DNA from: a virus
Lineage: Duplodnaviria; Caudoviricetes
Length of the DNA stretch: 42,267 nucleotides
IMG/VR virus record: IMGVR_UViG_3300012232_000025
Span: 1 to 42,267 of that record
Direction: 5' to 3' (one strand)
Shown piece after piece: positions 24,972 to 34,572 of this stretch (position 1 is the stretch's first letter; each line of letters opens with the position of its first letter). The notes under the pieces are model-generated. The model was not told where the DNA came from. It saw nothing but the letters and a program-made list of their open reading frames with translations, and did no database searches. Made by a program: the position numbers and the translations under genes.

Positions 24972-26381
24972 TTATCGGATTAGTTCGACGGTGAGAACGG
25001 ACAACGGCGTGGAGCCCGGCAGGGACGACGACGTGACACTCACCGCCCAGACGTGGAAGACGTGATTTCCGCTGTCGTCGGCAACCCGCTGGAAGACCGG
25101 GAAAATGCCCGAGGCGTCCACGGCGTCGATCGGCGGGCGGACCGAGATGCGGAGCGAGTAATTCCCGAGGGCAACCGGCACGGACACCTTGAACTCATGC
25201 GCGTCCCCCCAGTCGGCGATCCCCGGTGCGGTGCCGCCGGACGACACGGCGCCGGTGACCGATCCGCCTGCGCTGATGGACACCGTGCTCCAGCCGAGGA
25301 CGGTCGGCCCGCTGGAGGAGCCGGCCGGACCCTGCGGGCCGGTGGCGCCGGTGGCGCCGGTCGCACCCTGCGGGCCCGTCGGACCGGAGTTGCCCTGCGG
25401 GCCTTTCAAGTTTCCGCGGAACGTCCAGGTCGAGGCCCCCACCTTCTCCAAGTAATCGCCGGACGCAGTATCGAGGTACCAGTCGCCAATGACCGCGGTC
25501 GGCGCCGCGATGACGGGGCTGCCAGAACCGGTGAACCAACGTTCACCATCCGCGCCCGCGGGACCGGTGCCGCCCGGAGCGCCCGTTGCCCCCTGAGCGC
25601 CGGTCGCACCCGTCGCGCCCGTTGCCCCGGTTGGGCCCTGCAACCCCGTGGCGCCAGTCGGCCCCTGCGGGCCAGTGGAACCGGCGGCCCCCGTCGCACC
25701 TTGCGGCCCCTGCGCGCCCGTGGCGCCCGCGGCGCCATTCGAGCCAGGCGTTCCCTGCGGACCCGTCGAACCCGTGGCGCCGGGGTCGCCTTTCGGACCC
25801 TGGGCCCCGGCCGCGCCAGGAGCGCCGGCGGCGCCGGTCGAGCCCTGCGGACCGGTGGCCCCCGTCGCCCCGGTGGCGCCAGGGATCCCCTGCTGGCCCG
25901 CCGGCCCCTGCGCGCCAGGAGGACCCTGCGCCCCGGTGTTTCCCTGCGGGCCTTGCGGGCCGGCCGGGCCGGCTGGCCCTTGAGCGCTGGCCAGGGAGAC
26001 AAAGTCATCCCACGCGATAGCCTCAACAACCTGCCCGGTGCTGACCGGGCTTTGCCGAAAGCAGGAGACGAACGCGGGGGGCGGAGCGCCGCCGCCGAGG
26101 TCGTACCGCGGCGCCTGCGTGTTGATCCCATTAACAAAGAGGTACTGCACGCGCCGGCCGAGGCTGCCCAGTTCGACCGGCGTGCCGGCGTCCGTGATCT
26201 CGAAAAATGTTCCGCTGCCCGGCACCGAGCGCTGCAGGAACTCCAGGGGCCCGGGTCTGAATTCGGTGACGGTGGGATCGGCGGTCGACGTGGAGATCAG
26301 GAACCGCGCACCCGGAAACGTGGACGACGGAACGAAGATTCGTCCCGAGATCAGCGTGTCGGACAGGAGGTTATTCTGCAT
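24972..26381 (-). CDS. Collagen-like fibre protein
   Basis: About 49 consecutive Gly-X-Y triplets, a WFTGSGSP...GDWYLD knuckle, about 10 more triplets, globular termini. Confidence 0.9.
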   Translation of the reverse strand: MQNNLLSDTLISGRIFVPSSTFPGARFLISTSTADPTVTEFRPGPLEFLQRSVPGSGTFFEITDAGTPVELGSLGRRVQYLFVNGINTQAPRYDLGGGAPPPAFVSCFRQSPVSTGQVVEAIAWDDFVSLASAQGPAGPAGPQGPQGNTGAQGPPGAQGPAGQQGIPGATGATGATGPQGSTGAAGAPGAAGAQGPKGDPGATGSTGPQGTPGSNGAAGATGAQGPQGATGAAGSTGPQGPTGATGLQGPTGATGATGATGAQGATGAPGGTGPAGADGERWFTGSGSPVIAAPTAVIGDWYLDTASGDYLEKVGASTWTFRGNLKGPQGNSGPTGPQGATGATGATGPQGPAGSSSGPTVLGWSTVSISAGGSVTGAVSSGGTAPGIADWGDAHEFKVSVPVALGNYSLRISVRPPIDAVDASGIFPVFQRVADDSGNHVFHVWAVSVTSSSLPGSTPLSVLTVELIR

Positions 26382-26387
26382 GGCTCC

Positions 26388-29300
26388 CTAACCGATGATG
26401 ACGACCAGGAGGTTGACCGTGGTGCCCGGGGGCGTTGGTGCCCCGATAAGAGCAAAGCCAAGCTCAACCGCGTTCGTCGGGTCGGAGGCTTTCCGGTTCA
26501 CGGCGCAGGCCACCGAAGCACCGGCTGCGTTCCACACTGCGACCGTAAGATTCTGTGTGCCGAGCGAGTGAGTGACCGTGACCAGGTCTCCGTCCTTGGC
26601 CGAGATGGTCTGCGTGAACCGGCGCAGGCCGCGCGCGATGGTGCCGCTGCCGCTCGCCACCTCGAGAGGACAGGTGCTGATGGCGTGATCCCACGCGGCG
26701 GTTGGCTGGGCGGGTGTGAGCGTCCCGGGATAGCGCCCGCTCCGGTCCGGGATCACCGAACCACACCCGACCGAGAAATCCATTTCGGCAATCGCCCCGA
26801 CCTGCTGCACGGTCACGTCGTCGATCAGCCAGACATCCAGGGCGGTCCACCCGGCGAGGGTCAGGTAGGTATTGTAAAGGCCTCCGGTCTGGCCGCCCTC
26901 CGCGCGGCACACTCCACCGAACCGCGCCCAGGTGCCGGCGGACGAGATGGTCCCGCCCATGGCTCCGAGCGCGGCGGACTGATAACCGGCGCCGATACTG
27001 AGATTTCCCGTGCCGCTCACGCGCTGCGCCCACGCCTGAACAAGGTGCCGTTTGAGCGGCACCAGGGCGGACAGGTAGAACCAGTTATTCGACGAGGTCG
27101 ACGGCAGGCCGCCGGCGGTGAAGCGAACCGCGTGCGCACCACCGTGGAAGATGGCGGCCTCGTCGGCGGTCGTGACGGCGCCACCCTTCGTCCAACCGTT
27201 GGGCACCCCGGCAGCGAACCCACCCTCGAATCCGCCATTGGTGACGGTCATCCCGGTCATCGACCCATACTTGTCGGCGGACGCGACGCGGCCCTGGCGA
27301 GAGACGTCCAGCGCATCGGCGCTGGTCATGGCGTAGTTGAAGAAAGCGACCCGGATAATCTCGGGCACGCTCCCGCCCCCGGTGTCGTCCTTGCCGGCGT
27401 GCAGGTAGCTGGAATTGACCGCCATGTCCCACGTCGGCGGCGTCGCCCCACCAGGCGTGTCGGTCACGGCTTGCGCGGTGCCGTTGAGATAAAGGGTCGG
27501 CGCGGCGCTTCCCTTCCGAACCACGAGCACGTCGACGACCTTCCCCCCGTACACGCTGAAGAACAGGCCGACCGTCTTGAGCACCCGGTAGTTGCCCGAA
27601 TCCGTCGAGATGTAGAAATACACTTGGCCGGCTGAACCAATCACGATCTTGGCCGCGTTGTTGTAGGTGAGGCCGGTCGAGCTGCTGGAGGACACGCCGC
27701 AAACGCCGTCCACGTTCGGCCCCCGGAACGCAGCCGGCATTCGAAACCGCGCCCACAAGGTGAAGTCTCCCTGGCCGATGGAGTTGGCCAGGTCCAGCGC
27801 CGCCAGCATGTGCGCCGACTGATCGAAGATGACGCCGCCGACAGGAGTGGCGGAGCTGTCGTTCGTGAATCCGAGATCGTCGTAGAAGGCCAGCGCGTGC
27901 CGGCTGGGAACCGTGTCGGTGAAGTTGAGGCGGTCCCCGGTCGATTCGAGATGGCCGGCGAGAGGCGGCGAAAGCAGGGACGTGAGGGCGCTGGTGGGGG
28001 CGAAGCGAATCGGCGCCAGAGTCGTCGTGCCAACCGCGAATTCCAGACGGGCGGTGGGCGTGATGGCTGACGGCGGACTGGTGACGGCCGGAGTGAGCGT
28101 CACGCCCAGCCCGATGGGCCCCGCGAAATAGCTGACCGCATCACCGGGCGCATAGATGTTGAACCGCTGCCCCAGGCCGGTGCTGACCAGATCCAGGCGA
28201 AGGCCGGCGGTGCGGGAGGCGCCGGCGCCGGAGGCCAGGTTGACGCACCGGAACCCGTAATGCTCACCCGGCTGCGGCATCGTCGAGAGCGAGTCGGCGT
28301 GAAAGTGGGTGTAGGCCCCGATCGTCCCGGCGATCCCGGCAGGAGTGGCGCTGGTCGAATAGAAAGCCCAAACGTTGTTGACGGTCGGCCCGCCGGCGGC
28401 CGCGCCAATGTTGATGTTCGCGCGGACCCCGACCAGCCCGCTCACCGATCCGTTGCTGATCACAGCCGTGCCGGTGATGGCGTAAAGGTTGGCGCTCCCG
28501 ATGAAGGTGGCGGCGCCGTTCTTGTTGGCGCTCACGTACAGCCCATAGAGGCTGCGACTATTCCAGTCGGCGTTGCTGGCCGAGTTATCAACGACGCCAA
28601 TCAGGCCGCCCGGGAATGGCCCGGACGTCACCGTGTTAGAGAGATTGAACGTGCCAAGGACGTCCAGCGTTGAGGCGGGCGTGCACCGGATGCCCAGCTT
28701 CTCCTGCCCGGCCGTGAAGTCGAACCGCAGCGTGGCGGCGTTCCCAGTGAGTCGGCCGGAGGCGTCGCCGTACCCGACCGCGTTCGCGGCGAGCAACGGC
28801 ACGCCCGTGTAAGTCAGGAGATCGCCGAGGTTCACCCGGCGAACCATGTCACTCGCGTCGAGGCCGAGGACAAAGGTGGGGGCGCCGGTGGTCGTGATGG
28901 CGCTGGTGAATTTGACCTGGGACGTGGAGGCGAATTCCCATGCCTTGCCCGAGACGGTCAGCCGATCGTTCTGAAGTTGGATGCCGGCGAAGGGAGCCAC
29001 GAGCCCGTCACCCCACTGAACCGAACCGCCGGCGGTGATCGACAGGGACGGGACCGCGTTGGGGGTGGCCCACAATTCGATTAGGGCGGTGCTGGCGCTG
29101 CCAGCCTTCCACCGCTTCACCGCCGTGACGTCCTGCGCGGTGGCAACCGTCACCCAACGGGCATCGAGGGTCGCGGTGTTGAGGGAGAGATTCCATGTGC
29201 GATCAGCCGAGAGGTCCTGCGTTGGAGTAGCGACTTGGATCAGGGTGTCGCCGACAAAGGTGAGCTGCCGGCTCGAAGGGACGGCTGCGATGTCACTGGC

Positions 29301-30803
29301 CGAGAACCCCAGCCAGTTTTTGACGGCGGCAACTCCCCAGGTGACCACCGTCTTGTGGTCAGTGTTCGAGTCGTTGGCGTCACTCTGGATGCCCAGGAGA
29401 TTGAGGACGGGAGTCGTGCCCGCGGTGGAACCGGCCGTCGGCTTGAGGCGCAACAGACTCGTCCACAGAAAGCCGAACGGGTGCGTGTTGTCGCCCAGCC
29501 CGGTCGTTGGAGAGAGGACGCTGTTGCCCCAGGCGCGAATGGTGCCCGTGACGTCCTCCAGCTTGGAGTCCGTGATCTGGGTGGTGCCGGAAAACCGGGC
29601 GATGCGCGGCGTAACCCCGAGCCCCGGCGCGGTCACGACGTCGGGCCAGTCGGAGATGTCCGAGATCCCGATCGAGGCCCACAAAGGAGCCGTGCCGGCG
29701 GCCCCGGTGTGCTTGAGGAACTGCGCGGCACCAGGCGGAACGATGGGCGCAACCGTCTTGGCCCCGCTGGCCCAGAAGATCGACCCAACCGTGTAATCGG
29801 TGATCTGGCAGAAATTGATCTCCAGCCCGTTGAACTTAATGCCCCGACCCTCGGTGTAGGCGCTCTGCCCGAAGGTCTTTTGCCAGAGCTGAATGTCCGA
29901 ATTGATGGCGATGATCGAACCGCCGCCGGTCCCGGGCGGCCGCTGGCAACTCCACTGCGTCGCCGCGTTGACGGTGCCGGACGAAACGAAAACCAGCGTG
30001 CCAACCGTGAGCTCCCCGGTCGCGTCCGCGTCGGCCGCGCGCGTGAGGACCACCGGGACACTGGCCGTGCCCAGGGTGGTGACCGTGTAAATTCCGTTGT
30101 CGACGCCGGTCCCGCCCTGCTCCTGGTCCTTCAGGAGGACCCGGTCACTGAGCGCCAGGGTAACTCCGTCCGGGGCATACACCCCGTTCGCCGAAGCCGT
30201 GATGACATTGCCGGACCGGGCGCCGGCGAGGCGCGCCACGGTGGCCGCCTTGCAGGGGGCCACCACCACCAGGCCCGCGGCGGTCGCCAGGAGGGTGCGC
30301 CGGTTGACCGCATCAAAGTCCTTAACCGGATCATTGACCCGGAGCTGCCCGGTGGTGTTGGCAACGGGAATGACCAGGCCGGACGGCGCGGCGTCGGCCC
30401 ACTCCTCCGCCCCGCGGCCGTCCAGATAGTCGGCGTTGAGATGCTGGGTCCAGTTCTGAAGGTGCGTCCCCGGGTTGGGATTGAAAGCCGTGGGACCGCT
30501 CAAAACGAAGGGGGCGCCGGAGCCAATGCCACCGCCGCGGATCGGCGGCCGCCAGGACCAGAGTCCAGTCACCTCGTCGTTGCGGTTCAGGCCGGCCAGG
30601 AGCCGCCAGGTGGAGAACGGGGATCCCTCGTTGATGCTGTCGTAAACGGCGAGCCGCTTGGCTTGAGCGGCCGGCGCCGTGCTGTCGTAAACCAGGAGCT
30701 CGCCCAGGATCGGATCGACCGGCTCCGTCGTCAGAATCTGCGGAGCCCCCCGAAGGAACCGGTTCTTTTTGAAATCAAGATTCTGGAGAAGGTCGAGGTT
30801 CAT
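26388..30803 (-). CDS. Large fibre/adhesin with LamG-like and CBM4/9-like domains
   Basis: LNADYLDG; DGVTLALSDRVLLKDQ...NGIY; KLGIRCTPASTLDV; GDFTLWARF (LamG); VTNGGFE...IDDVTV (CBM); C-terminal THSLGT domain. Confidence 0.8.
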   Translation of the reverse strand: MNLDLLQNLDFKKNRFLRGAPQILTTEPVDPILGELLVYDSTAPAAQAKRLAVYDSINEGSPFSTWRLLAGLNRNDEVTGLWSWRPPIRGGGIGSGAPFVLSGPTAFNPNPGTHLQNWTQHLNADYLDGRGAEEWADAAPSGLVIPVANTTGQLRVNDPVKDFDAVNRRTLLATAAGLVVVAPCKAATVARLAGARSGNVITASANGVYAPDGVTLALSDRVLLKDQEQGGTGVDNGIYTVTTLGTASVPVVLTRAADADATGELTVGTLVFVSSGTVNAATQWSCQRPPGTGGGSIIAINSDIQLWQKTFGQSAYTEGRGIKFNGLEINFCQITDYTVGSIFWASGAKTVAPIVPPGAAQFLKHTGAAGTAPLWASIGISDISDWPDVVTAPGLGVTPRIARFSGTTQITDSKLEDVTGTIRAWGNSVLSPTTGLGDNTHPFGFLWTSLLRLKPTAGSTAGTTPVLNLLGIQSDANDSNTDHKTVVTWGVAAVKNWLGFSASDIAAVPSSRQLTFVGDTLIQVATPTQDLSADRTWNLSLNTATLDARWVTVATAQDVTAVKRWKAGSASTALIELWATPNAVPSLSITAGGSVQWGDGLVAPFAGIQLQNDRLTVSGKAWEFASTSQVKFTSAITTTGAPTFVLGLDASDMVRRVNLGDLLTYTGVPLLAANAVGYGDASGRLTGNAATLRFDFTAGQEKLGIRCTPASTLDVLGTFNLSNTVTSGPFPGGLIGVVDNSASNADWNSRSLYGLYVSANKNGAATFIGSANLYAITGTAVISNGSVSGLVGVRANINIGAAAGGPTVNNVWAFYSTSATPAGIAGTIGAYTHFHADSLSTMPQPGEHYGFRCVNLASGAGASRTAGLRLDLVSTGLGQRFNIYAPGDAVSYFAGPIGLGVTLTPAVTSPPSAITPTARLEFAVGTTTLAPIRFAPTSALTSLLSPPLAGHLESTGDRLNFTDTVPSRHALAFYDDLGFTNDSSATPVGGVIFDQSAHMLAALDLANSIGQGDFTLWARFRMPAAFRGPNVDGVCGVSSSSSTGLTYNNAAKIVIGSAGQVYFYISTDSGNYRVLKTVGLFFSVYGGKVVDVLVVRKGSAAPTLYLNGTAQAVTDTPGGATPPTWDMAVNSSYLHAGKDDTGGGSVPEIIRVAFFNYAMTSADALDVSRQGRVASADKYGSMTGMTVTNGGFEGGFAAGVPNGWTKGGAVTTADEAAIFHGGAHAVRFTAGGLPSTSSNNWFYLSALVPLKRHLVQAWAQRVSGTGNLSIGAGYQSAALGAMGGTISSAGTWARFGGVCRAEGGQTGGLYNTYLTLAGWTALDVWLIDDVTVQQVGAIAEMDFSVGCGSVIPDRSGRYPGTLTPAQPTAAWDHAISTCPLEVASGSGTIARGLRRFTQTISAKDGDLVTVTHSLGTQNLTVAVWNAAGASVACAVNRKASDPTNAVELGFALIGAPTPPGTTVNLLVVIIG

Positions 30804-30809
30804 GGGTGG

Positions 30810-31178
30810 TTAAGAGTCGGGAGTCCCGAGGACGACGTCCGTGAGAACCGCGATCGCGTCATGTTCGGCGGCGCTCGGGGTGGGCAGTTCAAGGATCCAT
30901 TCGACCGGGATGGGAGGCGGCAATTGCAGTTCAACTTCCTCGCCATTGATTGCCTCGAGGACCGTGTCGTGGGCCTTCTGGAAAGCCTCCCGGGATTGGA
31001 CGCCTTCCTTCTCGTAAGCTTCCTGCACCTGTTTCTGAAACGATTCGCGGTGGACCCGGACGGCGTTGCGCGCGCGCGTGTAGCGGATCTCCCCGGCCGG
31101 CGTGAATTGGAGTTTCTGGCTCTCCAGGCAATCCATCGCTTTCCCGAGAATGAGGACTTCGATCAGTTTTTTCTTCAT
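30810..31178 (-). CDS. Hypothetical helical protein (possible fibre chaperone)
   Basis: Charged helical 122 aa; ATGA coupled, directly before the fibre gene. Confidence 0.7.
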   Translation of the reverse strand: MKKKLIEVLILGKAMDCLESQKLQFTPAGEIRYTRARNAVRVHRESFQKQVQEAYEKEGVQSREAFQKAHDTVLEAINGEEVELQLPPPIPVEWILELPTPSAAEHDAIAVLTDVVLGTPDS

Positions 31179-31546
31179 GGGACGAGGGCTGTGATCATGG
31201 CGCGCGCGGCGCCGCTGAAGGACCGGCTGACGTGGACCTGGATTCGGTTCTCATCGAGGCAGAACCACGGGGCCAGGAAAACCGAGTTGCCACTGGAATT
31301 AATGAGAGAGACTTGGAGGGCCGTGCTGCCCAGGCCATGGGCTGCAATGGCGTAATTGTCGACGGGGCCGCCGACCCAATTGAGCGCAACCGTGACACCC
31401 CGAACGTTGCCAACCTTGGTCCCCTCGAGGTACCGCAACGGAACCGCATCCCCTCCGTCGACAGGATCAGGAAGCCCACTCACCCGGAAGGCCTGGATGA
31501 CAACCCCGGGGGCGGAGGGCGTCAGCCCGCAAGAGAAGCGACTCAT
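31175..31546 (-). CDS. Small fibre/adapter protein (HxLG-type domain)
   Basis: GLPDPVDGGDAVPLRYL; AHGLGSTALQVSL; ATG at 31546. Confidence 0.7.
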   Translation of the reverse strand: MSRFSCGLTPSAPGVVIQAFRVSGLPDPVDGGDAVPLRYLEGTKVGNVRGVTVALNWVGGPVDNYAIAAHGLGSTALQVSLINSSGNSVFLAPWFCLDENRIQVHVSRSFSGAARAMITALVP

Positions 31547-31863
31547 ACAAGTAGGATCACCGTCCCGGCGTACGGGTAAGTGTGAGTGATGACGGTTTGA
31601 TTCAGATTCGTGTGCCGAACACAAGAATCGGTCACCACGCCGTCCGTCGCGATGACCTGAACGGAGGCCGGATACTTTCCCTTATTGTGATCGATGACCC
31701 ACTCGACCGATGGAGGGGCAAACGAGTAGAGAAGCCGATCAGCGCAACAGCCCACTTCGGGGGGCGGAACCGGAGGGGCGTGAGTGCAAACGTCCAGAGA
31801 CTGCGGCGGCGTATTGGTCCCTCCCCAGAAGCTAGGAACCGGCACTGCCGGCGCATCAGTCAT
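31543..31863 (-). CDS. Small virion protein (WxIxHN-type domain)
   Basis: PSVEWVIDHNKGKYPASVQVIATDG. Confidence 0.72.
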   Translation of the reverse strand: MTDAPAVPVPSFWGGTNTPPQSLDVCTHAPPVPPPEVGCCADRLLYSFAPPSVEWVIDHNKGKYPASVQVIATDGVVTDSCVRHTNLNQTVITHTYPYAGTVILLV

Positions 31864-32561
31864 GCAAGCGGGATGGCGCAGGGATCAAGGGCGCCAGGCG
31901 CGGTGTTGATGTAGGCAGGGGGAGAGAGAGGCGGCGCCACGGCCGAACCGGTGCTGGCGTTGGCTTTGGTCCACGGAAGCGCGGTTGTGCCGAGGAGCGG
32001 ATTGGCAATGCCAGTGTACTGCCAGGTGCCGGAGTTGGCCGTTCCCTGCAACACCCGAACGATGCACCCCGGGATAAACTCAGGCGACGCATCCAGCGAA
32101 GCCTCGCGCACGGGGGAAATCACCTTGAGCGAACCATTGATGACCGTGCTGATCTGGCCGTGCAACGTGATGTTCCCGCTGGCGTCAGGCAACAGGATGC
32201 CGCTCTCCGTCAGCGTGGACTCGCCCACGGCACTCGTGCCGTTTCCCCTGACCCAGTAATAAGAGCGGGAGCCGAGCGAGCCGATGACCTTGGTACCGGT
32301 GCCATCGTAGGAACCGGTGGCCAGCTCGGGACCGCCAGCGGCCAGCGTGTAGAGCCCGTTCTGCGAAGGCGCCGTCTGCCCGGTCAGAAGGAACTCGTCA
32401 CCCTGATGGAGCTGCACCCCGTCGATACTCTGGAACTCGCTGGCAGTCGCCAGGTTGACATTGACCGTTGCGCAAACCTTGGCGGTGGCCTTGAACATAA
32501 ACGTGAGCCCGGTCCGCACGAGGACCCCCGGGGGCACGTCGGTCATATTGACGCACGACAT
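31860..32561 (-). CDS. Fibre-related virion protein
   Basis: IDGVQLHQGDEFLLTGQTAPSQNGLY domain shared with the large fibre. Confidence 0.72.
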   Translation of the reverse strand: MSCVNMTDVPPGVLVRTGLTFMFKATAKVCATVNVNLATASEFQSIDGVQLHQGDEFLLTGQTAPSQNGLYTLAAGGPELATGSYDGTGTKVIGSLGSRSYYWVRGNGTSAVGESTLTESGILLPDASGNITLHGQISTVINGSLKVISPVREASLDASPEFIPGCIVRVLQGTANSGTWQYTGIANPLLGTTALPWTKANASTGSAVAPPLSPPAYINTAPGALDPCAIPLA

Positions 32562-32566
32562 GGCGC

Positions 32567-33118
32567 TTAGAGGCTGCCCGTGTTGAGGCTCGAGGTAAGG
32601 AGCCGCGCCTCAATCGAGATTTCCGTGAGCGCCGCAGGATCGAAGGTGGCGTCCTCCGGGACGGACACCGTGCAGTAAAGATCGGCCACCGTTCGCAGGA
32701 CGTCGTTCTGATCGTACTGCTGGTGCTTGATCCAGCCATTGACCCGACCCGGGCCTTCGGTGGGATTCCACTGGGCGCTGGTGGCATCGAGCGCGGACGT
32801 GCCGAACAGGAGCTGCATGCACAGGGCGCTGAGCTGCTGGAGGCTGTAAGTCAGGACGATGTCACTCTTGGAAGGGATGACGTCATAGAGCCGGAGCCGG
32901 CCGGGTGAGGGCGCCCAGATGTCGACCGCTTCCCCGCGGGCGCCCTGGATCCGGCAGGTGCCAATGATCCCGAGATACCGTGAAGCCCAGCCCGGATCTG
33001 CCGCGTCCGCGTGTAAATTGCGGCCGCTCGTTCCGGCGGACGGGCTCGTGAAGGTTTGCCCGTCCTGCCAGAAGTAGGCATGAGTCCCGATCAGGAGAGA
33101 TGACGAAGCGAGGGGCAT
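32567..33118 (-). CDS. Major tail tube protein
   Basis: 183 aa beta-rich protein directly after the tail terminator; position-based. Confidence 0.65.
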   Translation of the reverse strand: MPLASSSLLIGTHAYFWQDGQTFTSPSAGTSGRNLHADAADPGWASRYLGIIGTCRIQGARGEAVDIWAPSPGRLRLYDVIPSKSDIVLTYSLQQLSALCMQLLFGTSALDATSAQWNPTEGPGRVNGWIKHQQYDQNDVLRTVADLYCTVSVPEDATFDPAALTEISIEARLLTSSLNTGSL

Positions 33119-33123
33119 AATTG

Positions 33124-33555
33124 CTAGGGATAGACAGCCTCTGGTTTGAACGCGGGGGTCCGGTAGACGACGACAAACTCCACGCGCGCGCCGGCAAGGA
33201 AGCGTTCCTCCTGCTGGGTTACGATCGAATCCGACAAGGGCTCAGTGGTCACCGCGAGGGGCGCCCCGGATTCCTTCCACCGAACATCCAACCCAATCGA
33301 CTCGAGGACCGCGCCGACCAGGCCGCGCACCTGCTCGGTGTCGGTCGCAAAAATCTCAACCGAGAATTGCAACCGGTGCTCGTGGACATTGGTGGCGGCC
33401 ACCCGAGAGCGGCACATCTCGTCCCGGACGATGGCGGCCGGGAGCTCTTCCTGCGGGAAAGGACTCACCCGCCAGATAAAGACACCGGACAAACCAGGGA
33501 CCGCGGCCACGCGCGCGCGCACGAGGTCGATCAACTGCTGGCGAATGGTGGCCAT
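33124..33555 (-). CDS. Tail terminator (gpU-like)
   Basis: MATIRQQLIDLV...WRVSPFPQEELPAAIV...VEFVVVYRT; ATG at 33555. Confidence 0.75.
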   Translation of the reverse strand: MATIRQQLIDLVRARVAAVPGLSGVFIWRVSPFPQEELPAAIVRDEMCRSRVAATNVHEHRLQFSVEIFATDTEQVRGLVGAVLESIGLDVRWKESGAPLAVTTEPLSDSIVTQQEERFLAGARVEFVVVYRTPAFKPEAVYP

Positions 33556-33563
33556 GAAAAAGG

Positions 33564-33938
33564 TCAGCCAGCCGGGTCCAGCGAAAGGATCAGGACCGTC
33601 AGCGCGGACCGCGGGTTCGGCCGAACCTCGATGACAAACCAGGTGGTTGCTCCATCCGACCAGGTGTCGCCATGCACCGGGACGGGGGCCGGCAGATCGG
33701 CGGTACGGAAGATGAGCGCCGGCAAAGCCGCCTCGACACCCGGAAGCCCCATCCCGTCCAGGCGCTCGTTCGAGAAGGGCGCCTTCCAGATTCCCGTGAG
33801 CGGAGAGCTTCCCCCCACCAGGCGCACGTAGGTCCCCGGCGTCCCGAGAACCCCTTGAACGTCCTTCACCACCTGTCGCCGCCAGAAATCCAGAGGATGC
33901 CCGGACGGGTAAGGAGGCTGGTAGTTGGGAGGATTCAT
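33564..33938 (-). CDS. Head-tail adapter (gpFII-like)
   Basis: ...GDTWSDGATTWFVIEVRPN...LTVLIL; ATG at 33938. Confidence 0.72.
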   Translation of the reverse strand: MNPPNYQPPYPSGHPLDFWRRQVVKDVQGVLGTPGTYVRLVGGSSPLTGIWKAPFSNERLDGMGLPGVEAALPALIFRTADLPAPVPVHGDTWSDGATTWFVIEVRPNPRSALTVLILSLDPAG

Positions 33939-33952
33939 CCATTGCCGGCGGA

Positions 33953-34327
33953 CTAATTTCGGTTTCGAAACCCAACCAGGAAGCCGTCCGCTACCAGGTT
34001 CGGCGTGCCCCCGGTCGCCGTCCAGGACACCCGGACAAACTCCTTCATGAGCGCCGTGTCGATCCCGAGGGACGAACCGGAGTTGGCGGCATTGATCGGC
34101 GCGAAGGATCCACCGGGGACGTCGGACCAGTTCGAGGCGCCGTCGTCCGAGTGTTCGAGTTTGGCCGTGAACACCGTGCTGGCCGAGAGGGCGCCCACCC
34201 GAACGATCGCGCGCGCGCGCCCGTCGATGTAAGTCGTCCGCGGAATGTCGATGCCGGTGCCACTCGCCGTGATCACCTGCGGCCGGAGGATGTTCTGCAG
34301 ATCGATGGAGAATTCGGCGTCGGTCAT
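33953..34327 (-). CDS. Capsid-associated (decoration-like) protein
   Basis: TASGTGID...AKLEHSDDGASNWSDV...EFVRV small beta-sandwich downstream of MCP. Confidence 0.65.
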   Translation of the reverse strand: MTDAEFSIDLQNILRPQVITASGTGIDIPRTTYIDGRARAIVRVGALSASTVFTAKLEHSDDGASNWSDVPGGSFAPINAANSGSSLGIDTALMKEFVRVSWTATGGTPNLVADGFLVGFRNRN

Positions 34328-34533
34328 TTCTTGCTCCTGTGTTTCGGATCCCGATGACCAGGCGCCGGATCGCGTTCCTCAACCTCTTCAGGATCTGCCG
34401 GGAGGGCGGATTCCGTCACGGGCTCGAACCGGCCGGCCAGGCGCCAAAGGTCGCCCTCGGGCACGTCAAAAACCTCGCCAGCCTGAACGGCGTGTCCCCG
34501 AACCGACATCGCTGTGAGGAACCGAACGCGCAT
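34324..34533 (-). CDS. Small post-capsid protein
   Basis: MRVRFL...AGEVFDVPE pattern typical immediately after MCP genes. Confidence 0.7.
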   Translation of the reverse strand: MRVRFLTAMSVRGHAVQAGEVFDVPEGDLWRLAGRFEPVTESALPADPEEVEERDPAPGHRDPKHRSKK

Positions 34534-34572
34534 GGGTAAGCCAGGGGTTGGACAAGTTTTTTGTCCGAGCCC

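Noticed and set aside
25320-25980. Tandem DNA repeats as a VNTR or DGR target
   Set aside because: Explained by Gly-X-Y collagen codons; no reverse transcriptase or template repeat seen.
25053-27635. 860-aa plus-strand ORF and similar long ORFs (21798-23738, 29235-31355, 36529-38226, 39822-41510, 16451-17857)
   Set aside because: Antisense shadows of clear minus-strand genes in GC-rich DNA; Arg/Gly/Pro-rich with no motifs.
34544-34572. Hairpin after the capsid stop as a terminator
   Set aside because: No U-tract on the coding strand; more likely an mRNA-stabilising stem.
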